Assembly: GCA_015067675.1 (NCBI GenBank)
Contig: SVMB01000003.1
Coordinates: 7,594 to 71,593 of the forward strand
Source: Oscillospiraceae bacterium
GTDB lineage: Bacteria > Bacillota > Clostridia > Oscillospirales > QAMX01
Length of the DNA: 64,000 nucleotides
Reading direction: 5' to 3'
In this document: positions 45,740 to 55,145 of the stretch, in pieces
Layout of the letters: the number at the start of each line of letters is the position of its first letter
Numbering within the stretch: position 1 is the stretch's first letter
Notes under the pieces: generated by a model
Seen by the model: the letters and a program-made list of their open reading frames with translations, nothing else
Databases searched by the model: none
What the model was told of the DNA's origin: nothing
Translations under genes and position numbers: made by a program

Positions 45740-46971
45740 AAAAGCTTGAGAATAAAAAAGTAATCGGGCTGTTTATCGCCCTGTGCTGGCTGGCCTACTT
45801 CGCCAGCTACTTCACCCGCATCAACTACGCCGCCGTCATCACCGAGGTCGTGCGTGATCTGGGTATTACCAAGGCAGCCGCTGCCCTGGCCACCACCGGT
45901 ATGTCCATCACCTACGGCGCCGGTCAGCTCATCTCCGGCCTTCTGGGCGACCGCATCCGTCCCCGCGTGCTGATTCTGGGCGGCCTGCTGGCCGCCGCCA
46001 TCTGCAACATCCTCATGCCGCTCATGCCCTCCGTCACCGGCATGGTCATCGTCTGGTGCTGCAACGGCTTTGCCCACGCCATGCTCTGGCCCCCGCTGGT
46101 ACGCATCATGGCGGAAAACTTAAACGACGCCGACTACCGCCGCGCCTGCGTCGCGGTCTCCGTCGCCAGCAGTGTGGCAACCATCCTCATTTACTTCTTC
46201 ATCCCCCTCTGGATCACCATCTCCCGCTGGCAGAGCATGTTCTTCTTCTGCGCCGCCGTCGGCATTATTTCCGCGCTTATCTGGTGGTTCGGTACCGGCA
46301 AAATCGGCGCAGATACCCCTGCTGTTTCTGCCCAGCCCAAAGTTCCCGCCGAGGCGCAGGGAGCTCCTGCGGTTAACCACCATCTGCCGCTGCTGCTCAT
46401 CCCCGTCATGCTCGGTATCGTCCTGCAGGGTATCCTGCGCGACGGCATCACCACCTGGATGCCCGCCTACATCTCCGAGGTATTCCACCTCGACACCGCC
46501 ATCTCCATCCTGACTGCGGTCGTGCTCCCCATCTTCTCCATCATCTGCTACCATGCTTCCGCCGCTGTTCACAGAAAGCTTGGCAACGAGCTGCTCTCAG
46601 CCTCCCTCTTCTTTGGGATCGGCTGCCTGTCTGCCGCGATCCTGCTGCCTTTCTACAATGGCAACGCCATCCTCGCAGCACTCCTCATGGCGCTCATCAC
46701 CGGCTGCATGCATGGTGTCAACCTCATGCTTATCGGCAATCTTCCTATGTACTTCTCCTCCTACGGCCGCATTTCCACCGTTTCCGGTATGCTCAACTCC
46801 TGTACCTACATCGGTTCCGCCGTGTCCACCTACGGCTTTGCCGTGCTCTCCGAACGCTTCGGCTGGTCGTTCACCATCGGTTCCTGGATCGTGGTCGCCG
46901 GTATCGGTACGGCTCTGTGCTCCATCTGCATCGGCGCCTGGAAGAAATTTTCCGCCAGGGCACGTACATAA
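45736..46971 (+). CDS. MFS transporter (GlpT/UhpT-like)
   Basis: About 12 TM; YFTRINY, YGAGQLISGLLGDR, G.LNSCTYIG. Confidence 0.88.
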   Translation: MKKLENKKVIGLFIALCWLAYFASYFTRINYAAVITEVVRDLGITKAAAALATTGMSITYGAGQLISGLLGDRIRPRVLILGGLLAAAICNILMPLMPSVTGMVIVWCCNGFAHAMLWPPLVRIMAENLNDADYRRACVAVSVASSVATILIYFFIPLWITISRWQSMFFFCAAVGIISALIWWFGTGKIGADTPAVSAQPKVPAEAQGAPAVNHHLPLLLIPVMLGIVLQGILRDGITTWMPAYISEVFHLDTAISILTAVVLPIFSIICYHASAAVHRKLGNELLSASLFFGIGCLSAAILLPFYNGNAILAALLMALITGCMHGVNLMLIGNLPMYFSSYGRISTVSGMLNSCTYIGSAVSTYGFAVLSERFGWSFTIGSWIVVAGIGTALCSICIGAWKKFSARART

Positions 46972-47057
46972 CCTGTTTTCCCGGTTTTCTGCGGGTCAGA
47001 ACCGTGTCCTGCGGCGCTGACCCGCTTTTTATTCTGAAAGACTAGCGAGGATCTGCT

Positions 47058-49094
47058 ATGAAAGACTACATTTCGCTCTTCGACACCTGTATCTACCGCT
47101 TTGAAAGCCGCTATAACGTCATGGAGGAAAAGGATCTGGGCATCACCGGCGATATTTCCTCCATGCTGACCCCTGAAAACTCCGTCTCCGCCATGAATTG
47201 CTTTCAGGGCTGCCCTTATACCAATACCGCCTTCCGGTTTGACGTGATTACCGACGGCGAAAAGGTACGCGCCGCCTCCTGGAAGTGGCTGCCCAACGCC
47301 ATGTACCGCGTGGGTGAGACCGAAGGCTTCACCGTACAGACTGTCACCGCCGTGATCCCCGGTATGCGCTCGGTGGTACAGAAGATCACCTATACAAGCA
47401 AGCACGATCAGGATCAGACCGCGCCGATTCAGGTGGCCTACCGGGGATGCGCCCGGTATGAGGCCAACTGGACCTTCTCCATCCCTGAGGGACGCAAGGG
47501 CGAGCTTTCCGGCTATGCCGCGGGCGGCCGCATCCTTTCCCATACCGCCGAGACTGCCTCCTGGCGTCTGACCTCCTCGGTGGAAGGGATGACGATGTTT
47601 CCCAGCGCCTATCTCTGGGAGGGCGAGATCACGATTCCCGCAAACGGCAGCCTGACCGTTTACTTCTCCGCTCATATGGGTCCGGACGATCAGACCGTAT
47701 GGGAAGCAAACCATGCGCTTGATCACTACGAGGATATGTTGGAAGCCTCCTTTGACTACCTGCAGCGTGAGGTGAAGCGCATCGAGACCCAGCTTCCCCG
47801 CATGACCTCGGATAACCCCGGCCTCAACGCGCTCTATAACAGAGCCCTGGTCACCTATATCATGTGCCGCTGGGAGAATCCGGATCTGTGCACCAGCCCC
47901 TACTTTTCCACCGGTTCCGTCAACGGCGGCTGCATGGTCTCCTACCTCTGGGACTACTGCGGCGGCCTGATGCTTCATCCGCTCTACGATCCCGAGGGCA
48001 ACAAGGGCAACATCAAGGCCCTCCTGCGCAACGATCTCACCTGTTCCTTCGCTCTCAACCCCGTCACCGGCGGACCCTGGGGTCCCTGGTATCAGGTCAA
48101 TCACGAAAAGATCATCTGCATGGTCTATTTCCACGTGCTCTTCACCGGCGACAAAGCCTTTCTCAATGAAATGGTCGAGGACAAGACCGTGCTTGAGTGG
48201 ATGCGCTTCCACGCCCGGGTCTGCGACGACTGCTCAAAGCCCGTGGAGCTCTACGACTACGGCACCGAGGGCAAGCACCATCTGGAGCTGCGCCGGGAAT
48301 TCCTCTACGACGGCATCATGCCCGACCTGAATGCCCGCCGCTATCTCAACTATATACGCGTCTATGAGCTGACCTGTGCCGCTGGAGAGCCCGATGAGGA
48401 GCTGCCCCAGCGTGCCGCAGCGCTCAAAGAAATACTTAAAAACCTCTGGAACGAGGACGAGCAGTGGTACAATCACATCGACTCTACGGGTAAGCGCGAC
48501 ATTCGCTGGACGGTGCAGATGTTTAAGTTCTTAAACAGCCCCGTTATCGATCAGAAAGAGCGCGAAGGGCTCATTTCCCACCTCAACGAGCGCGAGTTCC
48601 TGTCGAAATTCGGCCTGCACAGCATGTCAAAGCTGGATATCTCCTACGATCAGGATGATATCGACAACGGCGGCGGCGGTATCTGCACCCACTTCACCAT
48701 GCAGATCTGCGCCCAGCTCTACGAAATGGGCTACGACAAGCTGGCCTCCGATATTCTCTCCCGTGTCTACTGGTGGGGAACCCGTCTTCCCTACATGGGC
48801 GACTCCTGCGCCGCCAACATGATCATGAATCGCGAGGATACGCCTCTGCAGGGCGACATCAGCTCCGTATCCTGCGCCCAGATGATCTTCTACTATATCT
48901 TCGGTATCCGTGCAGACTTCGACGGCCATGTTTCCGTCACTCCCGTGAAGAACCGTCCTGCGGAAAACATGCGCATCGACAACGCCCGCATCTGCGGCCA
49001 TGTGTTCAGCGTGGACATCCGCGGCGAGCACTTCACCGTGACCGTGGACGGCCGCGAGATGAGCGCCGCCGTCGGTGAGACCGTGCGGTTCTGA
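47058..49094 (+). CDS. Putative six-hairpin (alpha/alpha)6 glycosidase (GH63/MGH1-like)
   Basis: YLWD, DLNA, LWNE...WY, EFLSKFGLHSMSK. Confidence 0.6.
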   Translation: MKDYISLFDTCIYRFESRYNVMEEKDLGITGDISSMLTPENSVSAMNCFQGCPYTNTAFRFDVITDGEKVRAASWKWLPNAMYRVGETEGFTVQTVTAVIPGMRSVVQKITYTSKHDQDQTAPIQVAYRGCARYEANWTFSIPEGRKGELSGYAAGGRILSHTAETASWRLTSSVEGMTMFPSAYLWEGEITIPANGSLTVYFSAHMGPDDQTVWEANHALDHYEDMLEASFDYLQREVKRIETQLPRMTSDNPGLNALYNRALVTYIMCRWENPDLCTSPYFSTGSVNGGCMVSYLWDYCGGLMLHPLYDPEGNKGNIKALLRNDLTCSFALNPVTGGPWGPWYQVNHEKIICMVYFHVLFTGDKAFLNEMVEDKTVLEWMRFHARVCDDCSKPVELYDYGTEGKHHLELRREFLYDGIMPDLNARRYLNYIRVYELTCAAGEPDEELPQRAAALKEILKNLWNEDEQWYNHIDSTGKRDIRWTVQMFKFLNSPVIDQKEREGLISHLNEREFLSKFGLHSMSKLDISYDQDDIDNGGGGICTHFTMQICAQLYEMGYDKLASDILSRVYWWGTRLPYMGDSCAANMIMNREDTPLQGDISSVSCAQMIFYYIFGIRADFDGHVSVTPVKNRPAENMRIDNARICGHVFSVDIRGEHFTVTVDGREMSAAVGETVRF

Positions 49095-49144
49095 GTATCA
49101 TAGCATGACAAACGGTGCAGCCGCAGAATAAAAAAGCAGCGCAA

Positions 49145-49271
49145 AATACCCTCTCAGTCTCACTGCGTTCGACAGCTCTCCCAGAGGGAGAGCCAAGTGG
49201 TGGTGTTCTGCACCACCGCTTGCCTCCCACTTTGGGGGAGGTGGCACGCGAAGCGTGACGGAGAGGGTATT
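49145..49271. repeat. 127-bp MITE/REP-like structured element with 11-bp terminal inverted repeats
   Basis: AATACCCTCTC...GAGAGGGTATT; internal hairpins GCTCTCCC-AGA-GGGAGAGC, GGTGGTG..CACCACC, CCTCCC..GGGAGG, CACGC-GAA-GCGTG. Confidence 0.75.
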
Positions 49272-49328
49272 CGTTTGGATTCAATCATTATTTTGCAACA
49301 GGAACTTTGCGCTTTGTACAAGGATTAT

Positions 49329-50126
49329 TCAGAATCGTCTGCCGGAGCCGCCGCCATGGCTGCGTCCGGAGGAGGAACGATGCACCGTGGAACGGGTGCC
49401 GCTGCTGCTGCTCTTGGGCTCCTCGATCACGCGGGTGCTCACCGTGCGGTTGATAAAGCGATCCAATCTGTGGCCCAGCTTCATCGTGGAATTGGCGCCC
49501 ACATCGTAGCTGTAGGTGGAACCGCGCAGTTCATAACCGGCACGGACACTGAAAAAGAACACACAGAAGATAGCGCCCATCACAATGATCGTCATGAGCA
49601 AATCAAATCCGTCAAACGCAGGTCCTGCTTCCACCCTGTGCTGTCCGTCGGGAATCCCCTGCCAGTAGAAATACTCGGTGTTGAGCAGGAATGTTTCCAC
49701 GCTGCCGGTAAAATCGCCGTCGGACAGATCGTACCACACCGCGTCGAGCATTTCCTCAAGTCTGGCGTCGGTGATGTAATCGATCATCGTACCCGAGGTG
49801 GAAATGGTGGGGACACGGTTATCCATGTCGATAAAGAAGAGAATACCGGAGAAGTCGTCGCCCATGCCGAAGCCGTTGTAGTCATAGAAGTCGTCGGCGT
49901 AGGCAAGCGATTCCTGTCCATCGGTATCGTCGGCGGTGAGCACCACCACGTCCATGCCGATGGTGTCAATCACTGCGGCAATGTCTTTTTCCAGAGCTTC
50001 CTCCGCCGCATCGTCGATGATATCAGCATAGTCATAAATATGTCCGCCCTCCAGTGCAAAACACTGGCCTGCCGGTACAGCAAGCATCAGGACTGCGCAA
50101 AGGAGCGCAAAAAACTTTCTTACCAT
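49329..50126 (-). CDS. TPM domain membrane protein
   Basis: Signal peptide, IYDYADII, YADDFYD, GILFFIDMDNR, TM, Gly/Ser tail SSSGRSHGGGSGRRF. Confidence 0.88.
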   Translation of the reverse strand: MVRKFFALLCAVLMLAVPAGQCFALEGGHIYDYADIIDDAAEEALEKDIAAVIDTIGMDVVVLTADDTDGQESLAYADDFYDYNGFGMGDDFSGILFFIDMDNRVPTISTSGTMIDYITDARLEEMLDAVWYDLSDGDFTGSVETFLLNTEYFYWQGIPDGQHRVEAGPAFDGFDLLMTIIVMGAIFCVFFFSVRAGYELRGSTYSYDVGANSTMKLGHRLDRFINRTVSTRVIEEPKSSSSGTRSTVHRSSSGRSHGGGSGRRF

Positions 50127-51178
50127 ATGAACAGCCCTCCCAATACCATAAGGATTCCGCCTGCCAGCGCCGCAAGACCCGCATGCAGCGCCAGACGCTT
50201 CTTATCCAGCGGGAGCTTGCCGCAGATGGTGCCGGTCTGGCCGTTGACGCTGTAGTAATACACTTCGTCGCTGCCTTTGAGCCGATAGGTCAGCATCCAG
50301 ATGGGCAGCATCACCTGCCGCCAGCGTGTGGATGTGATCCGGCCCTGGGTATCGGTGCGCAGACTGTTATAACCGGGGGCTGTTTCTTCCAGCTGCTGCT
50401 TTGCGTAGCCGTTTAATTCCTGTTCCACGCTTTCCGTCATCGAATCCGACTCTACATCGCGCTTTTCGGCCATAAAGCCGGTCATATAGGCCGGATTATA
50501 GTCCTTCAGAGCCTCCATATTGTACGGATGCACGCCGTCGGCGAGCTTGGACTGGATTTTCGTAAACGCAGAGCGCGCCACATTATTGTACGCAAAGCTG
50601 CCCTGACGTTCCACGGCGTAGTGCTCGACTACCGTCGTCTCAATCTTACCGGTACGGGTGATTTTCACCTTCTCGCCCTTACCTTCCATGCGCGCCTCGT
50701 ACTCAAAGTCGCCCAGCCAGTAGGGATAATAAACGCCGCTGAGTTCATCAATACCGCGCTTGGTGAAAAATCCCTGCGGGACGTACTTTTTCTTTCCAGC
50801 CCAATTGAGAAACTGCTGTCTTGCCTGTTCCTTCTCAATTGCAAAAGGCAAAATCGCGTCCGGTTTGAACTCTTCGGTGAGCTTTCCCGCCATAACAACC
50901 GGATTATGGCAGTAATAGCAGTACGTCGCGGCAGTGGACGCCTCGGCAATGATCTCCGCGCCGCAGGACGGGCACTGATAGATTACGGTACCGCCTTCAT
51001 CGCTATCCTCATCCACCGCTTCCGGTGGGATTTCGGTTGTTTTCTGTTCGTCTGCAAATTTCCCCAGCTGCTCTTCCGTGAACAGGCTCAGGCAATACTC
51101 GCATTCCCACGCCTGATGCTCCGGGCTGAAGGTCAGTCCGCCGCCGCAGTTGGGGCACTTATAGGTCACGCTTGCCAT
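50120..51178 (-). CDS. TFIIB-type zinc-ribbon membrane protein
   Basis: CPNCGG, CEYC, CPSCGA, CYYC; GVYYPYW; VNGQTG; C-terminal TM. Confidence 0.85.
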   Translation of the reverse strand: MASVTYKCPNCGGGLTFSPEHQAWECEYCLSLFTEEQLGKFADEQKTTEIPPEAVDEDSDEGGTVIYQCPSCGAEIIAEASTAATYCYYCHNPVVMAGKLTEEFKPDAILPFAIEKEQARQQFLNWAGKKKYVPQGFFTKRGIDELSGVYYPYWLGDFEYEARMEGKGEKVKITRTGKIETTVVEHYAVERQGSFAYNNVARSAFTKIQSKLADGVHPYNMEALKDYNPAYMTGFMAEKRDVESDSMTESVEQELNGYAKQQLEETAPGYNSLRTDTQGRITSTRWRQVMLPIWMLTYRLKGSDEVYYYSVNGQTGTICGKLPLDKKRLALHAGLAALAGGILMVLGGLFIW

Positions 51179-51452
51179 TCATTTCTCCCCTTTGGACTTC
51201 ATATGCAAAGATCTCTGATGAATATTGTACCATGTTCCCTCCCCGCTGTCAATTCACCCGTGATGAATCCGCGCTCACCTGAGCAAATGTCAATTTTTGC
51301 GAATAACGGAGAAACAAACGGGCTTGCCCCGCACGCGGTTTCGTGTCACAATAATAGTGGATCATTATTCTCCGGGAAAATCGTCCATGCCCTGCTTTCC
51401 CGGACTTCTTTCAGCCAGATCACACATTTTGATAAGGAGGACTAAAGAACCC

Positions 51453-52694
51453 ATGAGTACACCTGCCATTCAGACTCCCATCCCCTCCGGTACCATCTGT
51501 ACCTTCACCTACGACGAGCGCGAAGTCGAGGCCGCGACCAGATTACTGCGCAATCCCGCGAAGATGTTCCGCCATCAGCGCGGTGAAGGCGAAGCCGAAA
51601 ACTTCGAAAAGGAAGTCTGCGCCCTGACCGGCGCAGGTCACGCCCTGATGGTTTCCTCCGGCTCCTCGGCTCTGAGCTGCTGCCTGTCCGCTCTGGAAAT
51701 CGGCCCCGGCGATGATGTCATTGTCCCCGCCTACACCTACATTGCCACCGCAGCCGCCGTTCTCGACGTGGGCGCCATTCCGATTCTTGCTGAAATCGAC
51801 GACACGCTCGGCATGGATCCCGAGGATCTCGAGCGCAAGATCACGCCCTACACCAAGGCTGTCATCGTCACCCACATGCAGGGTGTCCCCGCAGCCCTCG
51901 GAAAGCTGCGCGAGATCGCCCGCAAGCACAATCTCTACATCATCGAAGACTGCTGTCAGGCCATCGGCAGCCGCTACCACGGCGTCTACTGCGGCGTCGA
52001 GTCCGATGCCTTCGCCTGGAGCCTGAACTACTTCAAGACCATCACCTGCGGTGAGGGCGGTGTGTTCTTCTGCCGTGACTACGATGCCTTCGTACGCGGC
52101 GTCTGCCAGTCCGACCCGGCCAATACCATGTGGTCCAACAACGATCTCCTGCAGGGCGAGGTCAAGCCCTTTGCCCGCGCCGGTTATCGTGCCAACGAGC
52201 TGGCGGCTGCCATCGCCCGCGTGCAGCTGACCAAGCTTGAGGACATTGTCACCCGCACCCGTGCCCTCAAGAAGGCGCTCATCGCCGGTCTCGACGAGCC
52301 CATCCACTACCAGCTCCAGCGTGTGGACGATCCCGAAGGCGACGCCGGTATCTCCTTTGCCATCATCTGCAAGGACGATGCTTCCACCAAGGCCATGACC
52401 GAGGCTCTTGCCGCCGAGGGTCTGCGCGTGGGCTCCGCCTACAATGAAGGCTTCCCCGATCGCCACATCTACGCCTACTGGGATGCCCTGATGATGCAGA
52501 ACGGTGCCACCGACGCAAATTATCCTTTCCGTGACCCCGCTTACAAGGGAAAGGTCGAGTACTCCCGCGACATGTGCCCCCGTACGCTTGACATCCTGCA
52601 TCGCTGCCTGCGTATCGGCATCAACCTCGGCATGAGCGAGCAGAACATGGCCGAGATGGCGCTGGCCATCAACCGCGCCGACAAGTCCTTCTGA
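51453..52694 (+). CDS. DegT/DnrJ/EryC1/StrS PLP aminotransferase
   Basis: GPGDDVIVPAYTY, IEDCCQAIG, SLNYFKTITCGEGG. Confidence 0.92.
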   Translation: MSTPAIQTPIPSGTICTFTYDEREVEAATRLLRNPAKMFRHQRGEGEAENFEKEVCALTGAGHALMVSSGSSALSCCLSALEIGPGDDVIVPAYTYIATAAAVLDVGAIPILAEIDDTLGMDPEDLERKITPYTKAVIVTHMQGVPAALGKLREIARKHNLYIIEDCCQAIGSRYHGVYCGVESDAFAWSLNYFKTITCGEGGVFFCRDYDAFVRGVCQSDPANTMWSNNDLLQGEVKPFARAGYRANELAAAIARVQLTKLEDIVTRTRALKKALIAGLDEPIHYQLQRVDDPEGDAGISFAIICKDDASTKAMTEALAAEGLRVGSAYNEGFPDRHIYAYWDALMMQNGATDANYPFRDPAYKGKVEYSRDMCPRTLDILHRCLRIGINLGMSEQNMAEMALAINRADKSF

Positions 52695-52714
52695 TAGAAT
52701 TGCAGGTGACTGAC

Positions 52715-53476
52715 ATGACATTTTATGATGCACATCTGACCTACGGACTCTCGTCCGACGTCAACCTGACGCCGCCGATGCCCTGTCCGACTATTGAAGA
52801 GCTGGACGCCGCCCTGATTCGGGCCGGAGTCTCCGGCGGTCTGGTTTTCGGCGAAGCTCCTGACAATGCAGGCGTAGTCATCGGCAACCGGATGCTGGCA
52901 GAGGATCTGAAAAAGGCCAAAACAGACCTTTACGGCCTCTACACCATCGTTCCCCGCTTCACTCACGAGATTCCCTCTGCGGCAGATCTTCCCGCAGTAC
53001 TTAAACGTGACAAAATGGCCGGACTTCGCATGTCCCCTGCCACCAACCGCTGGCTTCCCAAGCCCGGCATCATCGCAGATTACCTGGAAATGGCCTGCGA
53101 GCTGCGCATTCCGGTGTTTTTCGACACCAAGCGCGGCATCACCCTGGGTGAAATCTACGATATCCTCGAGCGCTTCCCTGCGCTGACCTGCATCCTCTCC
53201 TACAAGAACATCTGGCCCGCCGACCGTTACTATCGTCCCTTTATCGCCCAGTTCCCCAACCTCCACATGGAACTGTCGAGCATGATCACCGATCAGGGTA
53301 TCGACAAGCTGGTGGACGAATACGGTGCCGAGCGTTTCCTTTTTGGTTCCGGTTTCCCCTGGATGTACATCGGCGGACAGCAGATGCAGCTGCGTCACGC
53401 CTGCATCAGTGAAGACGACAAGAATCTGATTGCCTCCGGCAATCTGCTCAGACTGATCAAGGAGGCGCGCATATGA
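52715..53476 (+). CDS. Amidohydrolase-2-fold protein, apparently degenerate metal site
   Basis: FYDAHLTYG, ERFLFGSGFP, IASGNL. Confidence 0.75.
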   Translation: MTFYDAHLTYGLSSDVNLTPPMPCPTIEELDAALIRAGVSGGLVFGEAPDNAGVVIGNRMLAEDLKKAKTDLYGLYTIVPRFTHEIPSAADLPAVLKRDKMAGLRMSPATNRWLPKPGIIADYLEMACELRIPVFFDTKRGITLGEIYDILERFPALTCILSYKNIWPADRYYRPFIAQFPNLHMELSSMITDQGIDKLVDEYGAERFLFGSGFPWMYIGGQQMQLRHACISEDDKNLIASGNLLRLIKEARI

Positions 53477-54312
53477 GTACCTACATCAATCCCGAAAGCG
53501 CCCTTGCCCGTGAGTTCTGGGAAAAGGGTAAGCTCGAATCCTGCCCCATCTATGACTTTCACGGTCACATGCACGAGATGTTCGGCGGCTGGCTGCCCGC
53601 CGGCGAGCCCGAGCAGATGCTGGACACCATGAACCGTGCCGGCATCAAATCTTTCTGTTTCTCCTCTCATCTGGCGCTCTACTGTGTGGAAGCCGGTGAG
53701 ACAGCCAATCTTGAACCCGTACGCCGCTTCGGCAATCCCCTGCACGCCTATCTGGGCGTACAGGCCTTTGCCCCCAATGCCGCGCGTGATATCGCTGCAC
53801 TGGAAGCCAATCGCAGCGCCTACGTCGGCTGCAAGTTCCTCTGTGACTATCACAAAGTCGCGCTGGAGGACGAGAGCCTTGCCGCGTACTGGGAGTACCT
53901 CAACGAAAACCGTCTGCTGGCGCTCTGCCACACCTGGGGCGGCAGTCCTTTCGACGGTCCGGCGAATATCCGCGCCATTGCCGAGCGTTATCCCAATGTC
54001 AGCATCATCATGGGACATTCCTGTCACAGCCGCTGGGATCAGGCAATCCAGCTCGTGAAGGACTTCCCCAATGTCTACATTGAACTGACCGCCGTTCTTG
54101 ACGACCGCGGCATTCTCGACCGCTTTGTGAAGGAAGTTGGCTCTGACCACATCCTCTTTGGTACCGATCTTCCCTGGTTCTCCACCCATCACGCCATCGG
54201 CTGCATCTGCGATGCCGAGATGACTGACGAAGATCGTCACAACATCTTCCATCGCAACGGTGAGCGCATCATGGCAGACCTCAACGCCAGAGGCTGGGGT
54301 ACCGGCGCGTAA
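53473..54312 (+). CDS. Amidohydrolase-2 family metallohydrolase
   Basis: DFHGHMH, LCHTW, MGHS, LFGTDLPW. Confidence 0.88.
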   Translation: MSTYINPESALAREFWEKGKLESCPIYDFHGHMHEMFGGWLPAGEPEQMLDTMNRAGIKSFCFSSHLALYCVEAGETANLEPVRRFGNPLHAYLGVQAFAPNAARDIAALEANRSAYVGCKFLCDYHKVALEDESLAAYWEYLNENRLLALCHTWGGSPFDGPANIRAIAERYPNVSIIMGHSCHSRWDQAIQLVKDFPNVYIELTAVLDDRGILDRFVKEVGSDHILFGTDLPWFSTHHAIGCICDAEMTDEDRHNIFHRNGERIMADLNARGWGTGA

Positions 54313-54338
54313 TCTCTGTTGTGCATTTGCCGACAGCA

Positions 54339-54377
54339 AAGCCGGGAGTACGATTCATCCGTACTCCCGGCTTGTTT
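54339..54377. terminator. Bidirectional terminator
   Basis: AAGCCGGGAGTACG..CGTACTCCCGGCTT. Confidence 0.8.
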
Positions 54378-54398
54378 CGTCTGTTTTTAGAAGGACTG

Positions 54399-54809
54399 TC
54401 AGATCAATATTCCATTGATGTGGTCCACCTCATGCTGGATGATCTGCGCCGACCAGCCCCTGTAGGTTTTGGTCAGCGTGCGCCACTGCGCATCCTGAAA
54501 CCGCACCCGGATGGTCTGATACCGGGTGGTTTTACGCACACCCGCCAGGGACAGACAGCCTTCCTCGGTCTCGTAGGGTTCGTCTTTTTTCGTGATCTCG
54601 GGATTATACATGAGAGTGAACTTGCCCTCGTCGTTGAAGGCAATGATGGCAACAGCTTTGCCGATCATGTTGGCGGCCATGCCGACGCAGGCCTCACGGT
54701 TGGCAATCAGGGTATCCATCAGATCCCGGGCGATCTGCGCATCCGCCTTCGTCGCGGGAACGGATTTGCGGGCCAGAAACAGCGGATCATGCATGATGGG
54801 CTGTACCAT
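54399..54809 (-). CDS. def: Short peptide-deformylase-family protein
   Basis: CVGMAANMIG, EGCLS, QHEVDH..G. Confidence 0.85.
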   Translation of the reverse strand: MVQPIMHDPLFLARKSVPATKADAQIARDLMDTLIANREACVGMAANMIGKAVAIIAFNDEGKFTLMYNPEITKKDEPYETEEGCLSLAGVRKTTRYQTIRVRFQDAQWRTLTKTYRGWSAQIIQHEVDHINGILI

Positions 54810-54824
54810 TTTGGCAGTCCCTCC

Positions 54825-55145
54825 TTACAGCAGATAGCGAAGAATGAGCTCCACGGCAAAGGCCGCGCCGCAGGAGGCAAGCGCCACCGTCAGCAGGCTC
54901 TTTTCCAGATAAGCCAGCACCACGCCGACAATCACACCCGCCAGCGAGGACCAGATATCGCCTGTTGCCGTGAAAATCGCCGGGAAGGTCATCGCAGCCA
55001 GTACCGCGTAGGGTACGTAGTGCAGGAAGGACAGTACAAAGCGGTTGGTGATTTTTTTGCGGAACACCGCCAGCGGCAGCATTCGGATCAGATAGGTCAC
55101 AACCGCCATCACCAGCACATAGGGAAACATCTGAGCCAGTGTCAT
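54825..55145 (-). CDS. azlD: AzlD branched-chain amino acid transport protein
   Basis: VTYLIRMLP, YVPYAVLAAM; follows AzlC. Confidence 0.85.
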   Translation of the reverse strand: MTLAQMFPYVLVMAVVTYLIRMLPLAVFRKKITNRFVLSFLHYVPYAVLAAMTFPAIFTATGDIWSSLAGVIVGVVLAYLEKSLLTVALASCGAAFAVELILRYLL

